DNA from: Thermodesulfobacteriota bacterium
GTDB taxonomy: Bacteria; Desulfobacterota; GWC2-55-46; JADFVP01
Direction: 5' to 3'
DNA: 64,000 bases
Assembly (NCBI GenBank): GCA_046753845.1
Contig: JBHHUP010000003.1
Location: forward strand, 6,236-70,235
Part shown: one piece after another, positions 19,590-28,342 of the stretch
Layout: every line of letters begins with the position of its first letter
How positions within the stretch are numbered: the stretch's first letter is position 1
Program-made: the position numbers and the translations under genes
The notes under the pieces: generated by a model
Database searches by the model: none
What the model was told of the DNA's origin: nothing
The model's input: the letters and a program-made list of their open reading frames with translations, nothing else

Positions 19590-21239
19590 TTAACGCTTCA
19601 AGTTGACAAGCTCTGCAAGCAGGGCGTCTGTTGTGGTGATAATACGCGAGTTGGCCTGAAAGCCTCTCTGCGCCGTAATCATCTTTACAAACTCCTGTGC
19701 TATATCCACTGTTGAGAGCTCCAGCGTAGAGGCGCGAAGAACCCCGACTCCGCCGTTACCGGGAGCGTTAAGAAGGCGCTGTCCCGAGCTTGCGGTCTCG
19801 GAGAAAAGACCGCTTCCGTCAGAGGTAAGCCCCGTAATATTAGGAAAATCCGCTAACATGACTCGAGCTATGCTCCTGTTCGTGCCATTGGAAAAGACAC
19901 CCGTAATAAGCCCGTCAGTGCCCACATCAAGCCTCTGCAGAGTGCCCGGAGCATAACCGTCCTGCTTTAAGCTGAGGAGCGAGGAGCCCACGCCGTACTG
20001 CGTTGTTCCGTCCGTACCCGTACCGCCCGCGGTAATGCCCTTGCCAAAGTCAAAGGCTATAATCTGATTCTGATTTACGCCTCCCGCAAAATCAAAACCC
20101 GCTGTTGGATAGGTAACGGCAGACTCGGAAAATAACGCCCCTGTTGTGTCAAAGACCATACTGCCCTGCGCCTGAACCTCAGATGCACCGCTTGTGCTCT
20201 CGGCGGCGTCTACTACGGAGAACCAGTCCCAGGTATTACCTGTAGTCCCGACGTTGTTCTTTCTAAAATATGTGGTAATTACATGTGAGTTGCCGAGTGA
20301 GTCGAATATCGTCACAGGGGCCGAGAAGTTAGAGGTCTCACCGGCCTTGGCCAGAGTAAATGCCCCTCCGGCGAGATCGCTCACATCAGAGGCTCCAGCC
20401 GCTATAGCGCCTGAGCTGACGGCGTTGAATCCAAGGAGGGCGGCAGATGTGCCCGTACTCCAGTCAAGGGTAAGCACCGTACCATTACCTGTATCGTTTT
20501 TTACGGTAAACTTTCCCGTCTTGCCGTCATAATTAACTGTATATGTGTCCGTAGTACCGTTCTTGGCCTCAAGGGCGGATTTTATCGCCGCGGCCACCGC
20601 CCCACCGTCATTTGCCGAACCTGTTGCAAGGCCGCCGTCAGTAACAAGGCTCGCCGTAATAGGCGCTCCTCCTACATTAAAGGTCACCGTGTCATTGGTC
20701 CCGGAGGTAAAGACATACCCTGTTACAGGTGCGTTGGAGTCAAGGTTAACGGAGATGTCTATCTTTGAGGTGGAGTTGGGGGCAACATTGTTCGTCGTAA
20801 GCTGAATGTCCTTAACGGTATTACCGAGCACGCCTGATGAGTTGGCAAGAAAACCCTGGAGGCGCAGGTTTTCGGGGTTTACAAGGTAGTTCTCCTTATC
20901 CGTATGAAATTGGCCCGCCCTTGAGTATGAAGGTTTGCTGAGCGAGGGGTTCTGCAGGACAAAAAAACCGCCGCCGCTTATGGCAAGATCAAAGGCGTTG
21001 CCCGTAGTCTCCATGGCGCCCTGATTAAAGAGATGCTCCACCCCTGTCATCTCAACTCCGAGACCTATCTGCTTGGGGTCACCTCCGGCGTTAAGCGTCT
21101 GGCTGAGCAGATCTGAAAAAACCGCCCTACTCGCCTTAAAGCCCACTGTATTCACATTGGCTATATTATTACCAACAACAGATAGTTCGGCCAGATTGGC
21201 GTTAAGACCGCTGATTCCCGTAAAGAGTGATGTCTGCAC
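19590..21239 (-). CDS. flgE: flagellar hook protein FlgE
   Basis: 549 aa. N-terminal 'FTGISGLNANLAELSVVGNNIANVNTVGFK' and C-terminal 'ITAQRGFQANSRIITTTDALLAELVNL'. Confidence 0.9.
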   Translation of the reverse strand: MQTSLFTGISGLNANLAELSVVGNNIANVNTVGFKASRAVFSDLLSQTLNAGGDPKQIGLGVEMTGVEHLFNQGAMETTGNAFDLAISGGGFFVLQNPSLSKPSYSRAGQFHTDKENYLVNPENLRLQGFLANSSGVLGNTVKDIQLTTNNVAPNSTSKIDISVNLDSNAPVTGYVFTSGTNDTVTFNVGGAPITASLVTDGGLATGSANDGGAVAAAIKSALEAKNGTTDTYTVNYDGKTGKFTVKNDTGNGTVLTLDWSTGTSAALLGFNAVSSGAIAAGASDVSDLAGGAFTLAKAGETSNFSAPVTIFDSLGNSHVITTYFRKNNVGTTGNTWDWFSVVDAAESTSGASEVQAQGSMVFDTTGALFSESAVTYPTAGFDFAGGVNQNQIIAFDFGKGITAGGTGTDGTTQYGVGSSLLSLKQDGYAPGTLQRLDVGTDGLITGVFSNGTNRSIARVMLADFPNITGLTSDGSGLFSETASSGQRLLNAPGNGGVGVLRASTLELSTVDIAQEFVKMITAQRGFQANSRIITTTDALLAELVNLKR

Positions 21240-21332
21240 GATAAAACCTCCTTTTAGTTAAAAACTTATGTCTAAAGGGCCCGGAACAGGGCCGCACATG
21301 AAGCTATTTTCGCTGCCTTAGAGAAAAAACCA

Positions 21333-21989
21333 TTAAAAAATCTCTTTAATATCACCGGCCGAAAACATGGCCCCATTTATACTTACCTTCGCCTCATTTC
21401 CAAAGAAATCCACTCCCTCCACAGTACCGCTGATGTAGGTATCAAGGGGGATATCATTACCATTGACGTCACCTGTTGTTACGGTAAATCCATACTCCCC
21501 GGCCGGAAGCGGATTACCGGCTGCGTCAAGGCCGTCCCAGCTGAATACGTGGCTGCCGGCCCCTACATCCTTTGCCGTATCTGAACTAACGACCCTGCCC
21601 CTATTATCAAAGACCGTAAGGGTTACGGTCTCCGCCGGGTTATTTAGCTCGTAGCCAAGAGAGGCGGGGGCGCCTTTAAAATTAAGAGAATCCCCTTTTA
21701 CCGTCACGTTTCTGCCTATGAGGTTTGCCGTGCCGAAGTTATTAAGTGAGTTCATGGACTCTGTTACACCGGTGAAGTTATCGTTAAGGTTGTTGATGCC
21801 CTCAAGTGAGCTGAACTGGGCAAGCTGAGCTACAAATGCCGTATTATCAGTAGGTGAGAGCGGGTCCTGGTTCTTTAACTGCGTAACGAGCAGCTTTAAA
21901 AACATGTCTGACGAGACCTCCTGGCCGCCCGTGGGGCCGGAGGCCCCTGCCATGGCTGCAAGGCCTAGGGGATTTGTCTGCATACTCAC
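21333..21989 (-). CDS. flgD: flagellar hook capping/assembly protein FlgD
   Basis: 218 aa. 'FLKLLVTQLKNQDPLSPTDNTAFVAQLAQFSSLEG'. Confidence 0.85.
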   Translation of the reverse strand: MSMQTNPLGLAAMAGASGPTGGQEVSSDMFLKLLVTQLKNQDPLSPTDNTAFVAQLAQFSSLEGINNLNDNFTGVTESMNSLNNFGTANLIGRNVTVKGDSLNFKGAPASLGYELNNPAETVTLTVFDNRGRVVSSDTAKDVGAGSHVFSWDGLDAAGNPLPAGEYGFTVTTGDVNGNDIPLDTYISGTVEGVDFFGNEAKVSINGAMFSAGDIKEIF

Positions 21990-22027
21990 ACCTCCATTAT
22001 CTTATTTACACCGAGAGTAACGTCTTC

Positions 22028-23779
22028 TTATATAAAAAGATCAAGCCCGCCGCGGGCAGCGGTTTTTTTCCCGAGACCCGGCAATAGTTCCCGCGCACCG
22101 CTTCGTCCCGAAGGCTCTGTATTTGCTGAGTTTCGTGCCTTATAAGGCCCTTCTCCCTCACCTCTGAACTCTCCATTAAAACCAAAGTCATTGCCGCCGT
22201 TATTTAGCGCTACCTCAAGACCTCCCGCCACGATGCCCTCCTCTGCGAGCAGCTCTTTTAATAAGGCGGCATCAGCCTTAAGCATGGCCATGACACGGGG
22301 GTTATCAACAAGGATACTCGTCTCCACAAAGCCGTCCTCAAGACGAACCTTTATCTTCATCTCTCCGAGTTCCTTTGGCCTTAACTCTATGACTATCTCC
22401 TTATCCCTCTCATTCAGGCTCATCACCACGCCGCCGGCCGCTCTCTTTATCAACTCCACGCCGTGCGCCCCTCTAAGCCCTCCGTGGAGGTTGGCGGCTT
22501 TTGTACGAGCCCTGCCCCGTCCTTCCATAACCCCCGCTCCAGAGGTCGAGTTCATGACAGGCCCCTCTGATGGCTCTCGCACTCCTGCGGCGCCGCCCTC
22601 AGCGCCGGCACCAAGGTCGCCGCCGCCGATGGCATTTGCTGCAGGCGATGGATTAAGGCTCATAAGGCCGGCTAATTTAGTACCCGCCCCGCCCTTGCCG
22701 CCCTCGCTTACCTGCCCGTATGCACTCTTTAAAAAACCGTCCTCTGAGAGCTCCTTTTTCTCAATAGCGGCCCTCTTATCTTCCATTGTACGGGCTCTCT
22801 TACCTCCACGTGCTGTACCCTGCTCTCTTAAAAGCCCTGCCTTTGCTCTTCTTTTAGAGACCGCCTTTTTAAGAGCATTTACCGCACCCTTTGTTGATAT
22901 ATGCTTAGAGGCACTATGGCTGCTAACCTTTGCTGAGGCCCCTTTTAGTTTTCCGCCCTCTGCGGTAAGAGTATTTATCATGGGATCAGAGGGGGCCTCC
23001 TTGAGAGCAGCGGCTGCAGAGGCCTCAGCTGCAAGGCCATCCCTAACCTTGCCAGGGGCCGCCTTAGCGGCTTTGACTCCATCTGCTCTTACAAAGACCT
23101 TTAGAGAGGCCTTTTTCAAGGGCCCCTTGACTGACTCTCCGCTTATCTTATCCTTTACTCCCTTATGGACCAGGCCTCCTTTACCTGTGCCTTTTTTACC
23201 CTTTTTATGGCCAAGCACGGTCCGGTTAGAACGGGCGCCCTCAATAGACCCTTCCGAAGAAGCAGACCACGTAAAATAAAGGCCGCCATGGCCCGAAGAA
23301 GCGGCAAAGGGTTTAGGGGCGGCAGAGGTTTTTACATAAGGACTCTGCCTTGCTGACGTGCCCTTCGGAGCAATATTCAGAGGACTCTGTAAGAATACCC
23401 CGTCCTCTCGGCCCGGTGCCAGAATCCGCCTCTTACCGGACTTATCACGGTGCCTGCCTCTATCCTTACCTTTTATCCCGGCCTTGCCACTGGTATTATC
23501 ATGAGAAGATACGGGCTTTATCTTACCAGGCGCCGGGGCCGCCCCGCCCCTCTCCCCGAAAGCCCCCTCTGCCTGTGCAGAACCGGCGTCTCCGGGTCCA
23601 GAGGGTCCAGGCGCATCGGAGTGTTTTTTCCCGAGCCCCTCAAGACTTTTTTTGAAATCACCCCTCATAAGTGCCTTGCCGCCGACCTCTGCCTTAGCCA
23701 AAACCGGAGACCCCGAAAAAGAGGCTTTCGCAGCTTGAGGCACGGTTTTTATAAATGCCGGTATTAATGCGTTGCTCAT
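22028..23779 (-). CDS. fliK: flagellar hook-length control protein FliK (Lys/Ala/Gly-rich low-complexity middle, Flg_hook C-terminal domain)
   Basis: 583 aa. The C-terminal 'ELRPKELGEMKIKVRLEDGFVETSILVDNPRVMAMLKADAALLKELL' resembles the FliK C-terminal domain. It sits in the conserved slot between ylxF/fliJ and flgD. Confidence 0.7.
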   Translation of the reverse strand: MSNALIPAFIKTVPQAAKASFSGSPVLAKAEVGGKALMRGDFKKSLEGLGKKHSDAPGPSGPGDAGSAQAEGAFGERGGAAPAPGKIKPVSSHDNTSGKAGIKGKDRGRHRDKSGKRRILAPGREDGVFLQSPLNIAPKGTSARQSPYVKTSAAPKPFAASSGHGGLYFTWSASSEGSIEGARSNRTVLGHKKGKKGTGKGGLVHKGVKDKISGESVKGPLKKASLKVFVRADGVKAAKAAPGKVRDGLAAEASAAAALKEAPSDPMINTLTAEGGKLKGASAKVSSHSASKHISTKGAVNALKKAVSKRRAKAGLLREQGTARGGKRARTMEDKRAAIEKKELSEDGFLKSAYGQVSEGGKGGAGTKLAGLMSLNPSPAANAIGGGDLGAGAEGGAAGVREPSEGPVMNSTSGAGVMEGRGRARTKAANLHGGLRGAHGVELIKRAAGGVVMSLNERDKEIVIELRPKELGEMKIKVRLEDGFVETSILVDNPRVMAMLKADAALLKELLAEEGIVAGGLEVALNNGGNDFGFNGEFRGEGEGPYKARNSANTEPSGRSGARELLPGLGKKTAARGGLDLFI

Positions 23780-23846
23780 ATCAATCCCGTCTGTCCTTTA
23801 AATAAAAGAGAGTAGCAATCATTCCATTCATCTCAACAGTATCTTT

Positions 23847-23863
23847 AGCAACGGCCGTGCCAG
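23847..23863 (-). promoter_or_regulatory. sigma-54 promoter (TGGCACG-N4-TTGCT) upstream of fliK
   Basis: Minus-strand reading: CTGGCACGGCCGTTGCT, about 55 nt upstream of the fliK ATG. It sits in a 335-bp AT-rich gap. Confidence 0.65.
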
Positions 23864-23891
23864 AAGTATTTTAAGTTACAAAAATCATGTT

Positions 23892-23904
23892 TATCAAATA
23901 CTTA
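23892..23904. promoter_or_regulatory. IHF-like site (WATCAANNNNTTR) about 30 bp upstream of the fliK sigma54 -24 element
   Basis: TATCAAATACTTA matches the IHF consensus. The spacing is appropriate for DNA bending between an enhancer and a sigma54 promoter. Confidence 0.4.
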
Positions 23905-24115
23905 TAAGATTAGCTTCATATTAACACTTATGGCATTATCTGCCGGTAAAGGGGCAAAAAAAAGACCCCCGGGCAATCTTTGCCTCATTAAAGAGGTCAT
24001 TAATCGCGCGGGGGCCCTGTAAGTTTACGGCCTGCCTATTGATAAAAATTATCTCATTAAATATTCTCCGCTACCGGACTAAGACGTACCTCCCCGTTCC
24101 ATCCTCCCTCCGCGC

Positions 24116-24676
24116 TTACCTGATGTCTTTTTTCAGCACACGGCTTATCTTTACGGATTTTTCCACGTTAACGAACCCCAGAATCTTACCGGCTACCTTC
24201 TCTCTCATGGTGCCGAGTATGGAGGCGGCCATGGCATCGTCAAGACGCTCTATCCTCGCGGCGGCGTCCTGAGGCGTCATACTCTCGTATATCTTAACAA
24301 GGTGCCTGGCCTTGCCGTTGTTAAAGGTATCAATTTTCGCACTCACTCTCTTAAGGTCTTTTATCAGGCCCTTGAGCTCCTTTACCCTCGTCTCTATATC
24401 GCCCCTTACATCGGCAAGATGGGTCATTCTCTCATTAAGTTCATCCTCTCTAATACGCAGTTCCCTGTCTTTTCGCTGAATAGCGAGAATAAGGGCTTTA
24501 TCCGTAGAGGGAGGCCTCTGTTCTGTTATATGAGATGATACTGCGGTCTCCGGCGGCAGACCCGCCGATACAATACCCGGGGAAAAGGGATCAAAGGTTG
24601 TAATAAACCACGTACTAAGAATGGAGAGCTTAAGTATAATAAGAGCGGCAATAACCTTATTTCTCATCTTTATCAC
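24116..24676 (-). CDS. YlxF/FlbB-like flagellar protein (N-terminal TM, coiled coil, MgtE-N-like domain)
   Basis: 186 aa, conserved position between fliJ and fliK as in the Bacillus fla/che operon. TM segment 'VIAALIILKLSILSTWFI' and a coiled-coil region. Confidence 0.45.
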   Translation of the reverse strand: MIKMRNKVIAALIILKLSILSTWFITTFDPFSPGIVSAGLPPETAVSSHITEQRPPSTDKALILAIQRKDRELRIREDELNERMTHLADVRGDIETRVKELKGLIKDLKRVSAKIDTFNNGKARHLVKIYESMTPQDAAARIERLDDAMAASILGTMREKVAGKILGFVNVEKSVKISRVLKKDIR

Positions 24677-25115
24677 CTCCGAAAAAAAACCTTCTTCCGG
24701 CTATATCGTCCTGTATCTTCTGGCGGGCACGCTTTGACTCGAGGTTATGCTTCTCATGTGATTTTTCTCTCATAACATCAAGGACCTTGCGGTCTTTCAT
24801 TACCTCTATTAAGGCGGCCCGTTTTATCTCAAGCTCTTTTTTACAGGCCTCAAGAAGGGTTTCTTTTTCCTGAATAAACTCCTTAAGGTCCGCTATATAG
24901 GTGGCGTAGAGCGCGAGCTCAAGCTTTTTGTCACCGCTCTGCTTAAGGTTGTCTATCTCGGCGGCAAGGCGAGCTCTCTCTTCTCTAAGGCGCAGCACAC
25001 CATTTTGCTCATCATTAAACCTCTTGAGCTCACTTGAGAACTCTCTCATGGTAGCTTCCTCGATACTGCTTCTGTACCTGTGAAGCGGGGCCAGATTAAA
25101 GCTGAATTTTTTCAT
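24657..25115 (-). CDS. fliJ: flagellar export chaperone-like protein FliJ
   Basis: 152 aa coiled coil, 'FNLAPLHRYRSSIEEATMREF', immediately downstream of fliI. Confidence 0.65.
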   Translation of the reverse strand: MKKFSFNLAPLHRYRSSIEEATMREFSSELKRFNDEQNGVLRLREERARLAAEIDNLKQSGDKKLELALYATYIADLKEFIQEKETLLEACKKELEIKRAALIEVMKDRKVLDVMREKSHEKHNLESKRARQKIQDDIAGRRFFFGGDKDEK

Positions 25116-25141
25116 AACATCACCTTAGTATCTCACAATGG

Positions 25142-26431
25142 TTAAGAGACCGCCCCGAACTCGCCGGAGATAGAAAGCAGCATGGCAAGGGTCTCATCAA
25201 AGCTGACGCTCTCGCTTATACCCTGACGAAGAAACCTGTTTATCTCCCCTATGGCCTTTATAGCCCTGTCTACCTCGGGGTCGCTTCCGTCCTTATATGC
25301 GCCTATGCTGATAAGGTCGTAGGCCTTTTTGTAAGAGGCCATAAGGGCTCGCACCTTAGCTGCGGCCTCCATATGCCATGGCGGGACTACGTCTATCATT
25401 ACGCGGCTGATGCTCTCAAGCACGTCTATGGCAGGGTAATGCCCGCCCGAGGCTATAGCGCGCGATAAGACCACATGGCCGTCAAGGATGCTCCGCGTAG
25501 TATCTCCCACAGGGTCGTGTATATCATCACCCACTACGAGAATAGTGTAAAAACCCGTTATAGTCCCCTCAGTGCTTGAGGTGCCTACGCGTTCAAGTAA
25601 TTTTGGCAGCATGGTAAAGACCGAGGGCGGATAACCGCGCGTGGCCGGAGGCTCTCCGGCGGCAAGGCCCACCTCCCGCTGCGCCATGGCAAACCTTGTC
25701 ACAGAGTCCATCATAAGAAGGACATCACGGCCCTTGTCTCTAAAGTACTCGGCGATGGCCGTTGCCATGAATGCGGCGCGCATCCGTACAAGGGGAGGCT
25801 GGTCCGAGGTGGCCACAACCACTACGGAGCGGGCAAGCCCCTCGGGGCCAAGGTCTTTTTCTAAAAACTCCTTTACCTCACGGCCCCTCTCGCCCACAAG
25901 GGCTATGACATTAACATCTGCCGAGGTATTCCTTGCCATCATGCCCATGAGAACGCTCTTTCCCACGCCGCTCCCCGCGAATATCCCTATCCTCTGACCT
26001 CTGCCCACTGTAAGAAGGCCGTTTAACGCCTTAATACCCACGTCAAGTGGTTTCTCAATACGTCTTCTTGTAAGGGGGTTATCGGGCGCGCTATAGAGGG
26101 GGTATTCCATATCAGGCGCCACCTCGCCAAGGCCGTCTATGGGAAGCCCCATGCCGTCAAGTGTCCTGCCAAGGAGCCGCTCGCTCACCTTTACTCTGGC
26201 GCTATTTCTCTTCGTCACTATCTTACTGCCCGGCCCCACGCCAAAGACCTCGCCAAGGGGCATGAGCAGTATCCTCTCACCTGCAAAACCCACTACCTCG
26301 CAGTCAAGGCTCCCCATGCCGTCTCTGGGATAAACCCTGCAAATCTCCCCCACTGAGGCGCCAAAACCTATGCCCTCCATAATAAGCCCCACGACACGCG
26401 TGACCCTGCCGTTAACCCTTACGGGACGCAT
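25142..26431 (-). CDS. fliI: flagellum-specific ATPase FliI
   Basis: 429 aa. Walker A 'GIFAGSGVGKSVL', F1/T3SS ATPase family. Confidence 0.9.
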   Translation of the reverse strand: MRPVRVNGRVTRVVGLIMEGIGFGASVGEICRVYPRDGMGSLDCEVVGFAGERILLMPLGEVFGVGPGSKIVTKRNSARVKVSERLLGRTLDGMGLPIDGLGEVAPDMEYPLYSAPDNPLTRRRIEKPLDVGIKALNGLLTVGRGQRIGIFAGSGVGKSVLMGMMARNTSADVNVIALVGERGREVKEFLEKDLGPEGLARSVVVVATSDQPPLVRMRAAFMATAIAEYFRDKGRDVLLMMDSVTRFAMAQREVGLAAGEPPATRGYPPSVFTMLPKLLERVGTSSTEGTITGFYTILVVGDDIHDPVGDTTRSILDGHVVLSRAIASGGHYPAIDVLESISRVMIDVVPPWHMEAAAKVRALMASYKKAYDLISIGAYKDGSDPEVDRAIKAIGEINRFLRQGISESVSFDETLAMLLSISGEFGAVS

Positions 26432-26567
26432 GGATTTTACTGACTCTGTACAATTTGCAAGTCTTTTCTTAAGGGCCCCTGAGTACAGAACAAGACCTCC
26501 ATCTCTTTTAGATAAAAAGAACCTCGGCCATAAATCTCAAAACAACAGAGTAATCTTCAGAAGAGAC

Positions 26568-26623
26568 TCTACTCTCATCCCCCCCCCGCATACCCCGGCG
26601 CCCCTCTGCTCTCTCAGCTCAGA
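26568..26623 (-). other. G-run-rich element (G9, G4, G4, G5, G3 on the transcribed strand) in the 238-nt fliH-fliI spacer
   Basis: Plus strand shows cccccccccgcataccccggcgcccctctgctctctcagctcagatcccccatccc. On the minus (mRNA) strand this has G-quadruplex-forming potential. Confidence 0.4.
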
Positions 26624-26669
26624 TCCCCCATCCCATTCCACCACCACTAACGCTGCCCCCGGCTGCCCG

Positions 26670-27302
26670 TCAGCTCTCTTTCAGAAGACCAACAACCTCA
26701 TCAAGCAGACCCTCTATCGTAGCGTCCACCTCGCCGGAATCCGTCTCGATTATGCAGCCGCCCCTGCTTACGCCCTCATCACCCTCAATGGCTACGGCTG
26801 AAAACCCCTTTGTGAATCTCTGAAAATCCTTGCCATGGCCGTTAATCATCTCCATATCAGCGGGGTTAAGCCTTATCAGAATCTTACCGTTAGTAACGGC
26901 GGCCTTCAGGGCCTCCTTTACCACGTAAACAATACTGTCTTCACGCAAAGAGAGTTCTCTCTGGATTACCTTGCGCGCTACGCTCATGGCCAGCTCCACA
27001 ACCTCGTGCTCGCACTCGCCAAAGAGTTCTTTCTTAAACTCCCCTATCTCACCCATGATGGCCTCAAGTCCCCTGCAAAGACCTGCGGCCTCTCGCATCC
27101 CCGCCTCAAAACCGGCCTTCTCACCATCGGCGAAGGCCATTCTGTAGGTCTCATTACACCTTCTCTCCCCTCCGTCTTTATCCTCGGCCCTTCTCTGTGA
27201 GACCCTCCTGTCTATGAGCTTCTCAAATACAAGAGCAGATGCCTCTCCGGCCCCTTTTTCCGTACCCTTAAAAACATTTGATGACACGTAATCCCCTCTC
27301 AT
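26670..27302 (-). CDS. fliH: flagellar assembly protein FliH
   Basis: 210 aa, FliH/V-type stator-like C-terminus 'GGCIIETDSGEVDATIEGLL'. Positioned between fliG and fliI. Confidence 0.7.
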   Translation of the reverse strand: MRGDYVSSNVFKGTEKGAGEASALVFEKLIDRRVSQRRAEDKDGGERRCNETYRMAFADGEKAGFEAGMREAAGLCRGLEAIMGEIGEFKKELFGECEHEVVELAMSVARKVIQRELSLREDSIVYVVKEALKAAVTNGKILIRLNPADMEMINGHGKDFQRFTKGFSAVAIEGDEGVSRGGCIIETDSGEVDATIEGLLDEVVGLLKES

Positions 27303-27334
27303 TATTTTACAAATCCCCTTTATAAAACGAGACC

Positions 27335-28330
27335 CTACTCTATAAGGTCTCCCTGCTTTCCCGCTCTCATGATTGTGCCGTCCTGTTCAAGTTTTCTGGC
27401 AACGCCTACAACGGCTATCTGCGCGGCCTCTACATCGCTTACCCTTACGGGCCCCCGTGTCTCAATATCTTCACGGAGCATATCCGCGGCCCGCTCCGAC
27501 ATATTCTTAAAGAACTTCTCGGCCAAAGTCTCATCAGCGCCCTTTAAGGCTATGCTCAGAGACTCCGTATCTACTTCTTTCAATATAGCCTGCATGGACC
27601 TGTCGTCCATCTCAAGGAGATCGATAAAGACAAACATCTTTTCCTGAATCTTCGTGGCAAGCTCTGGGCTCGATTTGTCTATGAACTCGATTATCGAGGA
27701 CTCTGTTGCGGACTCCATCTGATTAAGTATTTCGGCGGCAAGCTTAACGCCCTCTACAAGGTCTCCCGGCGAGTCATCGGTATCAAGAACCTGTTCCCTT
27801 ACAACTGCCTCTATCTCGTTTAAGGCGGCCTGCGGTATGGTCTCTATTACGGCTACCCTCTGCATAACATCTCCCATGAGGATTTCCGGCAGCTGCTTTA
27901 CTACAAGGGATGCGCGCTCCGGCGGCATAAGGGCAAGGATTATGGCTATTATCTGCGGGTGCTCGCCCCTTACCATATTCGCCACAGCAGTTGGGTCCAT
28001 GTAAGCAAGGGCCTTTATGCCGTCGCCTTCTGTCTCCTTGGCGATCTGCTCAAGGACGCGTTTTGCTTTTTCAGGGCTAAAGGTGTTCTCGATAACGTTT
28101 CTCGCGAACTCAAGGCCCTGCACGGCAAGGCCCGATTCCTCAGAGGTTGAGAGGAAATCCCTTGTTACCTCTGCGCCAACATCAGCGTCGATAGACTCCA
28201 TACGGGCGATATTCTCGCTTACATCCTGAACCTCTCTGTGGCTCAGAAACTTCATAACCTCAGCTGCCAGGTTCTCACCTACGTTGATAAGCAGTACCGC
28301 CGCTTTCTCTACACCCTTTATATTAGCCAC
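27335..28330 (-). CDS. fliG: flagellar motor switch protein FliG
   Basis: 331 aa. 'GAEKAAVLLINVGE' and the C-terminal torque helix 'ADMLREDIETRGPVRVSDVEAAQ'. Confidence 0.9.
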   Translation of the reverse strand: MANIKGVEKAAVLLINVGENLAAEVMKFLSHREVQDVSENIARMESIDADVGAEVTRDFLSTSEESGLAVQGLEFARNVIENTFSPEKAKRVLEQIAKETEGDGIKALAYMDPTAVANMVRGEHPQIIAIILALMPPERASLVVKQLPEILMGDVMQRVAVIETIPQAALNEIEAVVREQVLDTDDSPGDLVEGVKLAAEILNQMESATESSIIEFIDKSSPELATKIQEKMFVFIDLLEMDDRSMQAILKEVDTESLSIALKGADETLAEKFFKNMSERAADMLREDIETRGPVRVSDVEAAQIAVVGVARKLEQDGTIMRAGKQGDLIE

Positions 28331-28342
28331 GATTTTCTTCTT

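Noticed and set aside
22191-23279. 362-aa plus-strand ORF antisense to fliK
   Set aside because: Pro/Ala/Ser-rich low-complexity translation lying entirely inside fliK on the opposite strand. It is a compositional artefact of the GC-rich Lys/Ala/Gly-coding repeats, and there is no RBS or independent conservation signal.
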